This document shows, piece after piece, positions 39,640 to 52,283 of a stretch of DNA of 64,000 nt (within the stretch, counting starts at the first letter, position 1; each line of letters starts with the position of its first letter). The notes under the pieces are model-generated. The model did not search any database. It was not told the DNA's origin and saw nothing but the letters and a program-made list of their open reading frames with translations. Location of the stretch: NCBI GenBank assembly GCA_965603825.1, contig CBFDEM010000017.1:494786-558785 (forward strand), read 5' to 3'. This DNA is from Blepharisma stoltei ATCC 30299. Its lineage: Eukaryota; Protista; Ciliophora. Position numbers and translations under genes: made by a program.

Positions 39640-41280
39640 AAACCCTCTTAGCTTAGTTAACCAGTAAACAGTGTTTAATTACAAGGGCTAAAATCTGAAC
39701 TTGAGAATCGCCCTTATGGCGGATTTTTAATAAAAAAAATTCTATTCTAGGTCTTCCTTCATGCCACTGAGCCTTGCCCAATTTTGTCGGCTTCTTTGCT
39801 TTCTTACGAACTTTGAAAATTACACCAAGCGCAGCAATTTATTCCTGCTAGAGCCCGCTTTCCAGTCAATTGGCCACCGGCCCGAGGTCGATTTTATGCA
39901 GAGACTCTCTCTGGGCCTATCTATCAAGCTTTGATTGAATTAGCGGATTTAGGTTGGTCTGCTCTTCCAGTTTCTCTCCAGGTCTTTGTGCCAGAACCGC
40001 TTCTAGAGCCTCTTAGCCGCTCTGCCCGCCATGGAGGGCTAGGTTGCATCTTGCTTGGCCATCTCCTCAAGCTCTACAAGGAACTCATATTTGTATAATG
40101 CGATATCCAATAGCCTAAAACCCAGGAGTGACAGCGAATTTTATTCAGATCCTCAGAAAGTTTCTGCCTCGCCTCTCTGCACTATTTGCATACCTCGATT
40201 AGATGAGCTTCGTCGTAAATTATCCCACAAATGGGGCAGTCTGGGCTGACTGCCAATCTCCGCATATGAATGTTAGCAGTTCAGGAGTTAAAGCCAGCTC
40301 TATACCTGTATTCCCTAACGATGTGCCAGCTCTCTTATTTATGCGAAAATGAAAGGTCTTTTCATTTCCATATCTTGCTACAAACAGGCGTATAGCTTGA
40401 TTAACTTCTTTTCCTCCTGCATGACCAGCATGTTGTTGCGTACTCTTTAATCCTGATCCTGCTCTGGATCTCTGACCTCCATTGTTTTTCGTCGCTGCTC
40501 CTTTGAAGGATAGTCAATCCTCAATAAAATAGCCCCTTAGCTGCTTCGAACACCTAGTCTGCTAGTCCAAGCTTTCTTCAAAGTTAAGGAGCATTAGGGC
40601 TTTGGTCAGCCATTTTTGCTTCTTTGACGTCTCAGTCTAAAATTAAGGGCCCTTGCTGCGATTCTCCTACGTATGGATATCCATTACTCCATCAAATCTT
40701 TCGCATTAGCTGTGCCATTTGGGGCTCTAGGAGCCACCACCCATTCTTCTCTGGATCCTTTCCATGTGATTAATTTGGGCTTCGACATGATTTTTGAGCC
40801 ATATTCCTGCGCATAAAAGCTAATGGTAGTGGCGCAAGCTTGCAGGATAGTTTCCTTCCTTCCAATAGAGACATCTCTTAAGGAGGCAAGCCCCTGTTAG
40901 TTAAGGCAATTTGTGACTTATAGGAATGGAGCGTTTGAGGAAGCTAAAAAGAATAGATATAGAGCGTTTTCCTTGCGCAGATGGAGTGGTTATGCTGAGC
41001 TGATAAACTGAAGCTCAGTTTCGGGCTATTTTTTTTTATGGAAAAGGGCATGAAGTTCTTGGCTTATAAAAGCATATCAATCATTGCATCCTGAGCTTCG
41101 AGTTTTTATCTTTGCTGACATTCGGACGTTTTGATTTTTCATTGACATATATACTATAGCCAGACGTGGTGCACCACACTGGTCGAACTTAAAGTAACAA
41201 ATTTCAGCCTGGTCCGAATGATTAGCACAATTGAAGGTCTTAATATACGAATTGGTGAACAATTTGTGAAACATTAGAGA
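39640..41280 (-). mobile_element. Degenerate non-LTR (LINE-like) retrotransposon remnant: RT-thumb-like region and C-terminal CCHC knuckle
   Basis: GC-richer island. Minus strand encodes YRAGFNS(W)TANIHMRRLAVSPDCPICGIIYDEAHLIEVC (C-x2-C-x7-H-x4-C at 40188-40238). Upstream are EYGSKIM / AQINHMERIQRRM / APNGTANA (~40705-40810) across frameshifts. Boundaries approximate. Confidence 0.65.
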
Positions 41281-41980
41281 TGGATTTGGCTTTATAATGT
41301 GATTTCCTTATTATTTTAAACAGCAATCCATCTATTAAATATTTATAATTTAGTAAATTGTGAATTTAATTGAATTCTTAATAACTTAATATTTTTCAAG
41401 ATAAATGATATTAAGATTAAAATATAAATGCCAATCAATTTATAATTTAGCTATCTGCTACCTTAGACCGTTGAATTTTTATAAAATTAAAGATTAGCCA
41501 ATTTTGGGAACTATTTTCAGAATTTCTTTGGTTTTAGGTAAAATTGTCGTAAGAAAAGCAATTTAAATGTTAAAAATTTTATATGATCACGATGGAAAGT
41601 TTTATGTACGTTATTTACTTTTGGGTGATTTAAATTGGTGATTGTTCTATAAATTTCAATTAGGAACTATTATTTTATAATCAATTTAATAGAGTAAATA
41701 TTGTTGATTCTTTTGATTATTCGACTTTTAAGGAAAAGGATGGGATTTAAATATAACGCATCGAAATCGTTAAGATGCATTAGGAAAGGGTTGGCCATAT
41801 AACTGAGAGTATAAGTGACTGCAGTTTAATAGAGGATACTAAATTTATATTTTTTAAAGCTATATAACTAGCCTTTAAGTCATGATAAATTCAACTCCTG
41901 TCTTATTCAGATCGGTAGCAGATTTATCGAACCAATAAAATCTTATCATGGTTTTTAAAGCATATTTATCAAATAAATTA

Positions 41981-44900
41981 ATGATAAGCAGCCTAGTTGG
42001 CTGGGAAACAGAGCTATCAAGTTCCCATAGTCTTTTTGCCCACTCAACTATTCCAAACAAACTGAAAATTAATTTTTATGGTTTATTTAGCAGCATTTTC
42101 AAGCCAAAATACTCCCAAAAGATTAATGTAAAACATCAAATATTTTACGAGATTTTGATCAATACAATATTTACTTTGCAAGCCATATCACTCGCTTGAT
42201 ACCCAAAAATGAATATCACTGATTGGGCTGCTTATGAAGAGGTTTGGAAAATTTTAGGCTTTATTAGCTACGACTCAGTGTGCGCTGATTTAAATATCAT
42301 AAATTTCTGCTTCTTTGGAACCGGGCTTCTCATTGCTGCAGAAATGGTATTTATAGTCATTTTTGGGTATTTTAAGTATCTCAACAAAAAACCATCAGCT
42401 ATTTTTAGCTTTTTAACGAGGAAAATCGCACTACTTTTGACAACGTTTTGCATGATTCCAAGCATGAATATTATGCTTGCGGCATTGAAGTATTCCCTTA
42501 TAAACGCAGATAAAATTGCTGAGTATAATAGAAAAATTGCCACTGGAGACATAAATTATGGTTATATAGGGATTATAATCCCAATACTTGCAATTTTGAT
42601 ATTAATTACTCTCAATTTTTTATCCGAAGTTTTTTCTTGTGATATGAAGCATTCCCATTACAAAAAAAATATTAAAGCAAGATCTTCGTCTGAGCTAGAT
42701 TTACAAACAAAATTTTTTTATGTGATTTTATGCATTTTTTATTTTTCATTTGGAGATAGCTATGCTATTAGCTACCAAATCTCGTCATTGGTAATTTCAT
42801 TATACTTATTAGCAAAATGCACAATTTGTTTGCCATATTTCAATATGATTGAAAACAGCATTAAAGCCTCCGCTTTTGCAATGATTTCTTTGAATTTATC
42901 TAATTTTCTCTTTGGAAGAGCTTTAGATAATTCCATGATAATATTGGTTTTCAGTATTTTTTTGCAGCCATTAATTTTGTTTATTTCTATTAAGTTTGTT
43001 TTTTCTCAATACAAAAATTTATCGAAATCCAAAAATATCATAAAAAATCAGTTCAATTTTGAAAGAAAATTTAGAAATTTACTAATAAATAGCAGAAATG
43101 AAGAAAAAAACAACACTTTAAATTTATTTAAAAATTTTTGAAAATCAAGCCTATTCCAAAAAGATAAAATTTTTATTATTTGAGAATTTAATTTCTGTAG
43201 ATCAGGCGTAAAAGATGAAAGATTGGCAAGAATAAAATTTTCAAAAATTAAAAAGGCTAATGCATCATTAGAAGGGGAAATTCAGGAATGAAGAATATTT
43301 AATTGGCTTAACAGAAAGGTTAAACAGTTCCCAGAGTATGAATTTTTGCTATTTTTAAAAGAGTTTAATCGAATAAAACTCAAAGATGAAGATCTCTGCA
43401 ATGTTCTAATTGAGCTGCAAGGCGAATTTGGCTCTAGAGCTCCAAGAATACAAAAATTAATTAATTTGGTAAATAGAGCAGCTTTAGGTATTGATGAGAT
43501 AAAAGAAGGATACCAAAAAATTATCTTAAGGCATAAAAATGTGGAAGCTTATGAGTATTATGCCAGTTTTCTTGAAGGGATTATGAATAACGCAGAAGAA
43601 GCCAATTTAATAAAAAGGGGGAAAAATTGAATAGATCGGCATAGTGAATTAAATGAGCATCAATCTCTAGAAAAATGCAGCAGAGATATGGGAATTCTAC
43701 TTATTTCTTGTGAAGAATCAGACTTTGGAACAATTGCGTATATAAACCATAAGGCAGAACAAATTTTAAAAATTTCAGCAGAAAGTGCTTATGGGACTTC
43801 TTTGAGCAATTTTATACCTCAGCCATTTAATGCAACACATACAAATTTAATGAGAACTTTTTTCAAGGAATGTGAGTCGACTGAAATATTTAGTCATGAA
43901 AATTTATTTTTGCAAACAAATGATGGATTTTTAGTCGAGTGCCAAATGGTAATAAAACTTACGGCACTTGATAGCTCTGCATACTTTTTAATCTCCTTTA
44001 AGCCGAGACCCCCAACTCGGCAAATTGCATTAATTTCTCAAGAAAATATCGTTCTTAGCCACTCAGAGAATTTTATGCAATTTTTTCAAAAATCAATAAA
44101 ATATGCTCATAATAAGCAACTTCAAGAAATATTGGCTAAGGTAAATATTCATAATATTCAAGATAACGCTTCATTGATTTTCAACATTAATGGTAAAGAA
44201 ATTTTACTTTTACGTATCACAAAAACTATAAAATCGACTCCTTTTCATGTTTTACTAATAATCTATGATAGGAACGAAATCCAAAAGTGAAGGCAAGGAG
44301 AGGCTCAAGAACAGCTTGGAAATTTTGAGAATTTAGGCGTAAATAATCAGATACCTAATTGAAGATTTTTTAATAAAAGAGACTCTAATGGGTATCTCTT
44401 TTCTATTGACCGTGAAGAGTCCCGTATTAAAGAGATCAATATATTAGAAAGTCCGGATAATTTGATTGAAGAAAATAAAACTGAAAATCAATCAGGTGTT
44501 GAATCGAAGCTTTCTTCATTAAGAATGAGAAATAGTAAAAAGGCGAATATAGGTAAATTGTTGCTGCTGAATTTGAAGAAAAAAATTAGAATTTTTCAAT
44601 GAGCTCTATTTATTATTGTAAGAAAAACTTAGATATTAGTTGTTGTTATCACGATGATAGCAATTTTAGCTTATATAATATCGGATGCTTCAAATACATC
44701 AAAAATGAGTTCTCTTGGAGATCTTGGGCAGCTTTTATACGATTTAGAAGCGCTTTCAGACTCCACCAGAATCCTATCTAGGCAGGCCAGAAGTAGCAGT
44801 GTTTCTCAAGCTCAAAAAGATTTGAATTATAAAAATTTCCAAAGCTTGCTAACTGGGATTCAAAACATCAAAAATAACCTATTAGACGATTTTGATCATT

Positions 44901-46174
44901 GAAGCTATTGTGAAAGCTCAAAAATAATCCATGAAAAACTAATTCCGCTATGGATTTTTAATGGAGAGAAACCATATATTGAATATAACAACCTTTATGA
45001 TACACTATCGAAGTTCATATATAGCGTATTCTTTATGTAGGGTTCTAAAACGCTTGATAATTTGTATGAAGATGATGGTTTTTCTCCTGAAATGAAATTT
45101 TTAATGTTAAATGGACTTTCATATGTATTTGAGTATATTAATATGACGACAGATGGTATCGTAGATTGCGAAATAAATAGGATTAAGCTGGCTGGAAAGT
45201 ATATTAACACCTTTATTATGATGGGGTTTTCAATAATTGGGCTATTAGTATTATCTCTATGCTTATTTATAATCTTAGCATCCAAATCATATGATCAATT
45301 TTGAAATTTCATGCTGAATAACATCCAATCATCCTTATCAAATCTAAAAGCTTGCTCAATTGACAGATTAATGATAATTCATAGAAATGAATATACAAGA
45401 GAAGAAAATCAAGGTTTTATTGCAAGCCGCCATCATCCCCGCAAAATAAAATCAAAAATATATCTATCTTATATTTCAAGAATCTTCATTTTTTTCGCTA
45501 TTGCAGGCTCATACTATTTTTTGGTCTATTTTCATTTATATCCAAACTGCCAAACACTTATGATAGACCGCCCATTGCTGCTTAACAATTTTAGTCTCTT
45601 TAGAACTTTACTTTCGAGACTTGATATTTTTGCTAGAGATATGAGAAGCCCTGTTTTTATAACCGAATTCCAAGATTTTTATGATTTTCCAAATTCTCAG
45701 ATAATGGCTGATAATACTTTTGAAATATTAAAATCAAAAAGAAAAGAAATAAAAAAAGAAAATTTCTCAGTTTTGATGTCACAGGAGTTATTAAATAGAA
45801 TCTATAAAAGCAATAATTCAACTGAAGAGGTATTAGAGTACGGAACTGATGCTTCTATTGATGATATTATTGATGAAATATATAGCCTTTTCTATAAAAA
45901 TTTAATTAATACAGATGAACTAAGCCAATATTTTGAGAAATTACAGAATATTCAAAATGAAATTTTAAAGGAATTCTTTCTTGCTGACCGAGACTCTAAA
46001 AATATTATTAATAGCGAGCTGGACGCCATTATTGAGTCTACAATATTTTACTCGCTAACTGTTTGCTTATTGTTTTTCATTTATTACTTGCCATATTTTA
46101 ATAGTCAAATAAAACAACTAAGCAGATTTGCAATACTCCCAAACATATTAGAGATAAATGCTGAACCTACATAA
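41981..46174 (+). CDS. R9: divergent PAS/TmcB-like polytopic membrane protein (~1387 aa); introns 44618-44632 and 45026-45040
   Basis: Single frame with TGA=Trp. Introns gtaagaaaaacttag and gtattctttatgtag. PAS IPQPFNATH. An alternative in-frame ATG lies at 41948. TAA stop. Confidence 0.9.
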
Positions 46175-46236
46175 ATAACTAATTGGCTAAGTCTCTAATT
46201 AATATTTTTTAATTTTTATTTAAAAATAAATAAATT

Positions 46237-49200
46237 TTATAGATCTGATCCGATTTGCAAAATACTTGGCAGAATTGAATATAAATTGAGCTGCTTGATT
46301 TCACTATTTATTGAAGGGAAATAATAAAAACAAAATAGCACGAGAAGAGCCACAGAATAAAAAACAGATGCATAAATAATCACATTTACTTGTGAATCGA
46401 TGATGCTTTTGGAGTCATGGTTAGCCATTTGATACTCCAAATTTATTTGATTTTCGATGCATGTGATATGATACGAAAGCTCTTCCATTTCCTCTTTTGA
46501 TACATAATTTTTATTAGCGATATCATAAAGGTCATATTTTGCAATTTCTATGCTTGTAAATGAGCCAAAACTCAGCATTGAAGTCCCTTTAATTTGTTCA
46601 TATATTTCATCTCTTAATTCTTTTGACATTAAATTCGAAAATTCTTTTTGTCTTAATTCGTCGTTTTTGTCAAAGAGGGAAGCTGCGGTTTTATTTAACA
46701 TAATTTTAGGGTCTGCGAAGTCATAGATGGTTGGGAATGTTTCTTTTAGGTAAAATGATGATTTTTCTCTAGCGAAAATTGAAACTCTTGATAATAAGGA
46801 CCGTCTTAAGTTGAAATTATTTAGTAGCTTAGGACGGTTTATTAAGGATGTTTCGCATATGGGGTATAAATATAGCTGGACCAATAAATAATAATTTAGT
46901 GTGATAGCAAAAAAAATCAGAAGCCTTATTGTATATTTTATATAAATTTTGGTAGCGACCCTTCTTTTGATTTTATAAAAATTTCTGCTGATATTTTCAT
47001 CATTTTTATATTCAATGCCATGAATTGTTAATAGTCTATCGATAACTGCACTTTTTAATAATAACAATGAAAACTGCGCATTATTTAGTAAAAAATTTCA
47101 AAATTTATCATAATTTCTCGACATCAGCACAATAAACCAAAAAATTACCCCAACTCATATAGAAGTAGCAATTACGCCAGCTGTTAAAAATAGCACGACA
47201 TTCAGTCCTATCATTTTTATTTTATCTATTTCGCATTCTTCTATATCTTTAATAGCATTTTCAGTATATTTATAAGCAAGCCCAAGACCATTTATTACTA
47301 AAAATTTTGCATGTTCTTTATAATTTCCTTTATTTGATTTAACGTCACTAATCATATTTTGTCCCTAAATAATTCTTACATGATAAATAAACTCTCCTAT
47401 CATGTTATAAATATTTTCGTCCGATATTTTTGGCTTTTTTTCTTCAAAATTTCATAAAGGAATTTTATGATCTGTTGCAATATCATAAGCACTACAATAT
47501 TTTCGGTCATCAAAATCAGATATGATGCTATTTTGGATATTAATTAATGATAAAATTGTATTTTCTAGCTTTTGCGTGTCCAAAGATTGAGAATTCGCTT
47601 GGATTTCTATATCTAAAGCGCTTGAAAAATCAGCTAAAAGCCCTAAATCGTATAAAAGTTCTCCTAAATGTGTAAAAATAGTCGGAGAGGTGCTTAAGGG
47701 AATGTCACTTGTTACATAAACTAATATTGCAGCCATTGAACTGATGGCTGAAATAATCTAAATAATTTTTACCAATAGGAAAAATATTAATTGTAAAATT
47801 CTCAGCTTTTTTTTAGTTTGAAGCGCCAAATCTTGTGATTGCTCTAATTATAAAGTACTTATTTTTAATATAGAAAAAGTGCTGCTACTAGCATCACCAT
47901 AAAAGGAATTTTCGTTAAGCGCAGGACTTAAATCCAGTGTAGAGCTTTCGTTTAAATAACTTCTTTTGTTCCCATCAAAAATCTTATCAAATTGGTATTG
48001 GAACTTAATCATTTCAAAGTTTTTATTTTCAAATTCATTTGTTTCTGAATGAAAAATTTGTTGCTTATTATCATTTTCTTTAATTTTTTTTATTTCTGCT
48101 TCATCATTAATGATAAAAATAATATGAAGTTTTGTAGATTTTAGCATTTTTTGTATATACACTATAAGTCGGTCCTGGTCTTTTATTTTTAAGTTTATAG
48201 GCTCATTTGCCTTTTGCATGTCAAAGCCTGGTAGAAATTTTAGTATATGTTTACATTTCAAATTGGCTTCGGAATGCAAAATAGTGCTAGAAAAATGCTC
48301 AGTATGGCCAATAATTATTCCAAGCTCTGTTATTAGAGCCATTTCTCTCTTAGCAGCGACTTGTTCAAAAGAAATTAAATAATATGCAGAATTATGAAAT
48401 GCTGTAGCTTTTATCATGATATTACACTCTATTAAAAATCCTTTATAGTCTTGTAAAAATAGCCAATCGTTATAAACTTCTATCGTGTTCGATGAGTGTA
48501 AAAAATTTTTCATCCATTTTTCATGGAGCTGGTCATAGGGCTGAGGAATAAAATTTCATATTGGAGAATCTAAAGCATGATTCAAAGTTATTCCTAAAAT
48601 ATTCATAGCTTTGTCATTAATATAGACAATTTTACCAAAAGAATTGTCAGCACAAGTAACTAAAATTATGGCTAAATTTTTCCCATAATTTTCTAAATTT
48701 TGATTTTCGTTTCTTTGGATAGTCACTTCAAGGCCGTTTTTCTTTTTATTTATTTTATCTGCGTCTTCATGATTACTCATGATATTTTGGAGGAAGCTGA
48801 TATAGTTTTCATAGGCTTCAACATTCTTATATTTCTCTATTAGGTTTTTATACCCCTTATTAACATTTTCTATAGAACAGCAAGCTTTTCCTACTATGAA
48901 TTCAAGCTTTCTTACTCTGGGTATTTTTAAAGAAAATTCTTCTTGTAATTCTATTAAAAAATCACATAATCTTTCGTCTTGTCTTTTTATTATAGCGAAT
49001 TCTTTTAGATATTCCAGATAAATAGTATCTGGAAAAGAGTGGCATTTTCTTTGGACTAGCCAACAAAACACCCTCCATTCTTGTATATCGCCTTCAAATG
49101 AAGACTCAAAGTGGCCGATTTTTGATAATTTAATTCTCGCAAGTCTTTCATTTTTCAATATTGAAAGACAAAAATTAAATTCCCAAATCACAAAAAGCTT

Positions 49201-50382
49201 ATTTTTTTGGAAATGGCTGCACTTTGAGTATTTTTTAAATAATTTGAGTACTGATAATTTATCTTCAAGCTTTTTATCTGTAAGTAAATGCCGAATTTTG
49301 CACTCAAACTCAAACTGATTTTCAGAAATTTTCTGATTATGCTGCAATTTCTTATAATTCACTATTACAATATGCACACAAAACAGCATCATCAGTGGCT
49401 GGACAAATAAATTAAAAATCACTATTATAAGTGCATTATTCATAATTTGCCCGAAAATAAAAACTATCAAGGTTGACGAAATCGAGGCCATTTTGCAGGC
49501 TTGAATGGAATTTTCTAAATAATTATAAAACTGCATGTATACGTTGCACTTATAGAGCAAGTATAATGCAAATACTAACGCAATAATTTGATGAATAATT
49601 GTGTGCTTTGAGCCAAAAGAAACATACAAAACAGACATAAACATATAAAAGCACCGTCTCTGTATGTCTAATTCGGCTGATGATCGGGCTTTTATGTTTT
49701 TCCTTGCATGTGAATGCTTTATATCACAAGTGAAAGCTTCTGAAAGCAAAATTATAGGAAATAAAATTATAATGCAAAACAAAGCAAAAACTGCACCATA
49801 AATTCCATAATTTAGGCTGCCTGATGAAGTTTTCCCATCATATTCTTCAATGTAGTTTGCATTAATTAAAGAATATTTTGTAATCATAAGACAAATCATG
49901 GAACTTGGGATTAGGCAAACCGTGGATAGCATTAAAGCTATTTTTCTAGGTATAATAATGACTAATTCAGGCGCTTTCTTGCCTAAATAGACATATGTGC
50001 CAAAGGTAGCAAAAGATAAAACGCATGCTCCAATTAGGGAAATCGTCCCATAGAAGCAAAAATCCATGACTCCAAATGTGGCACATACCTGATCGTAGCT
50101 TATAATTCCAATGCCTTGCCAGAAGATTATATAGGATTTTCAATCTTCTACCTCTAAATTGGGGTACCATGTCAAAGAAGTTAGCTGAAGGGTTATGATT
50201 ATGTTTATGGTAATTTCATATAATAGCTGCTGCTTGATCCTTATTTTTGTGCTATATTTAACCTCAAAAAGCTGCCCAAAAAACCCAAAAACCGTATTTT
50301 TCAATTTATTAGAGAAAAGAGACTTCTCTAAAAACCCGCTGACGTCTTCATGATCAGCCACTTCTTTTGTGGTATGAAGCAT
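46237..50382 (-). CDS. R10: divergent PAS/TmcB-like polytopic membrane protein (~1366 aa); conserved introns 47758-47772 and 47365-47379 plus a private intron 47844-47858
   Basis: All ORFs in one frame. Apart from the TAG acceptors of the two conserved introns, the only internal non-TGA stop (TAA 47848-47850) lies inside a 15-nt GT..A10..AG segment. PAS IPQPYDQLH. TAA stop. Confidence 0.85.
47844..47858 (-). other. Paralog-specific 15-nt spliceosomal intron (gtactttataattag), phase 1
   Basis: GT...AG, 15 nt, A at position 10 like all 24 other introns here. Contains an in-frame TAA. Splicing gives ...LKIKQSQDLAL..., matching paralog ...KFSKQAQNLL... Confidence 0.75.
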
Positions 50383-52283
50383 GGAATTTTTTATATGGTT
50401 ATAAAATATTAGATTAAAATCTGGCTATTTTTATAGCGAAAGAGACATCAGAAATTCAAAACACTTATCAGTAAGAAAATTTATTATGGAATATTTATCC
50501 ATAATTTAGATAAAATTATGGGTTTTCTGAGAATTAAAAAGAATAAGATATAAGTTAATATATAGAGAAGGAGAGTAATACAAATAAAGAATATTTTTAA
50601 TAAGTATATAAAAATATTAAGAGAGTAAACATTTAGTCGCCTTTTATAAGTAAAATTAATATAAGAGTTAGATGGTTGTCTTCAAAGCCTAGATGTTATG
50701 CGACTTTAATCTATGTATAGCACTAAAATAAGTTATATCAGTTGGCTATTTCCCTTATGGTTTTAAAATCACAGAAATTCACCACAAAAGTAGGCTTAAC
50801 AATTTTATGGTGTATGCGGTGTGCAAAGGATCATAAAGAATAACTCAAAAATAATTGTATTTGAATTTGATACAATTTAGCATTATTAATTTAATTGTGA
50901 CTATCTTTATATATAAGATGATCTTTTTCTAGAAATTCCTGATTATGATATTAGTATGCATGGAGGGACATGGAAATAATTAGAATATTTCACAAAAACC
51001 CAATCACTGATTTTAGCTAATCAAATATTTCTGGATTTATATAAATCTGGTTTTAATAAAAGTAAGCCAATGTCCTATCTATCCAATGTTTTAATTAATT
51101 AATTTTTAACTCTTATATAAATTAATATGCGAAGACGACTACCGACACCTTGGCGCAATTTTTTCAACAAGCAGAGAAGCAGATAAAGTTTACTTGATAT
51201 ATATCGGCTAGGAGTTTTCTCGTTGAACCTTGGGAAATGATTTTTGCTTCTAGGGTTTAATGGTAAGCCAGAGATTTGGAGAATAGAGCAGTGCAAAACC
51301 TTATGTGCCTGTAAGACATCAAATACCACTGCGATATTGAGAGCTGCCTTCAAGGAATTGAGCCGGAGTCAGAAAGCCCAACCACCTTTGCAAGACTTTC
51401 CTGCGGGGGAGGGGAAGGATTTCTGCCAGGATCTAGTGGGATGATATCACGCAGGGATAGAAATTCCTTCCCTACTAAATGACAAAAGATAAGTTCTCAT
51501 CTTTCGAAAGTTTTTCAAAATAAATTTCTTTGATTACAGTTAAATTATGTAATTTAATTATAATAATTTTTAGATATATAATCGAATCAAAAATCCTCGA
51601 ATAAAAGTTATAAAAATGATCATAATTTGATTTCGATTTTGAGCTTAAATTTAAAATTGGATTAAAGCTTGGGGAATTTGGGTAATAACTGTAATTGCTA
51701 AATTATATATTTAGTGATTATTAATTTAATGATGCTTTATTTAAGGTTATTGAGATAATTCCTTGGGCGTCAAGAAGGATTGCTCATTATGTATAATGTC
51801 TAAAGTGATTTAGTGCGAATCTAGTCTTTATATAAATATAAGAGATATTGTGGTAATTTTATAAGAGATAATTTTTGGCAGCTTTCAATTATTTATTATA
51901 AAAAAATTTTACTAATGAGAAACAATACCGATGACATTATTTTTAACATTACAGTAGATTTTCGTTAAAAATTCAAAATTCATTCTATTAAGAATCCAAA
52001 GGAATTCATAAAAACTAAAATACTTTATGGATTAGCCATTTTCAAGCAATTGAATAACTGTATGGATTATGATATGGATAAAAAATAAAGAAGACTTTCT
52101 ATTAATCATAATTCCTTTTGCTGGAAATATTTAGATTCAATACAGCTAATATTAGAACGTTGGCAAGCATAATTTAATATTTCATAAAATTTATAATAAA
52201 TTTTAGAACTATTAAAAAAAATTTTCTTTCCATAGTTTCTGTGCGATTTTAATAAGTTATTATACATTTCAGTCATTAATACC

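Noticed and set aside
41077-41274. 65-aa ORF as the retroelement endonuclease or as a separate gene
   Set aside because: No diagnostic APE motifs; it is included only as the uncertain edge of the GC-richer island.
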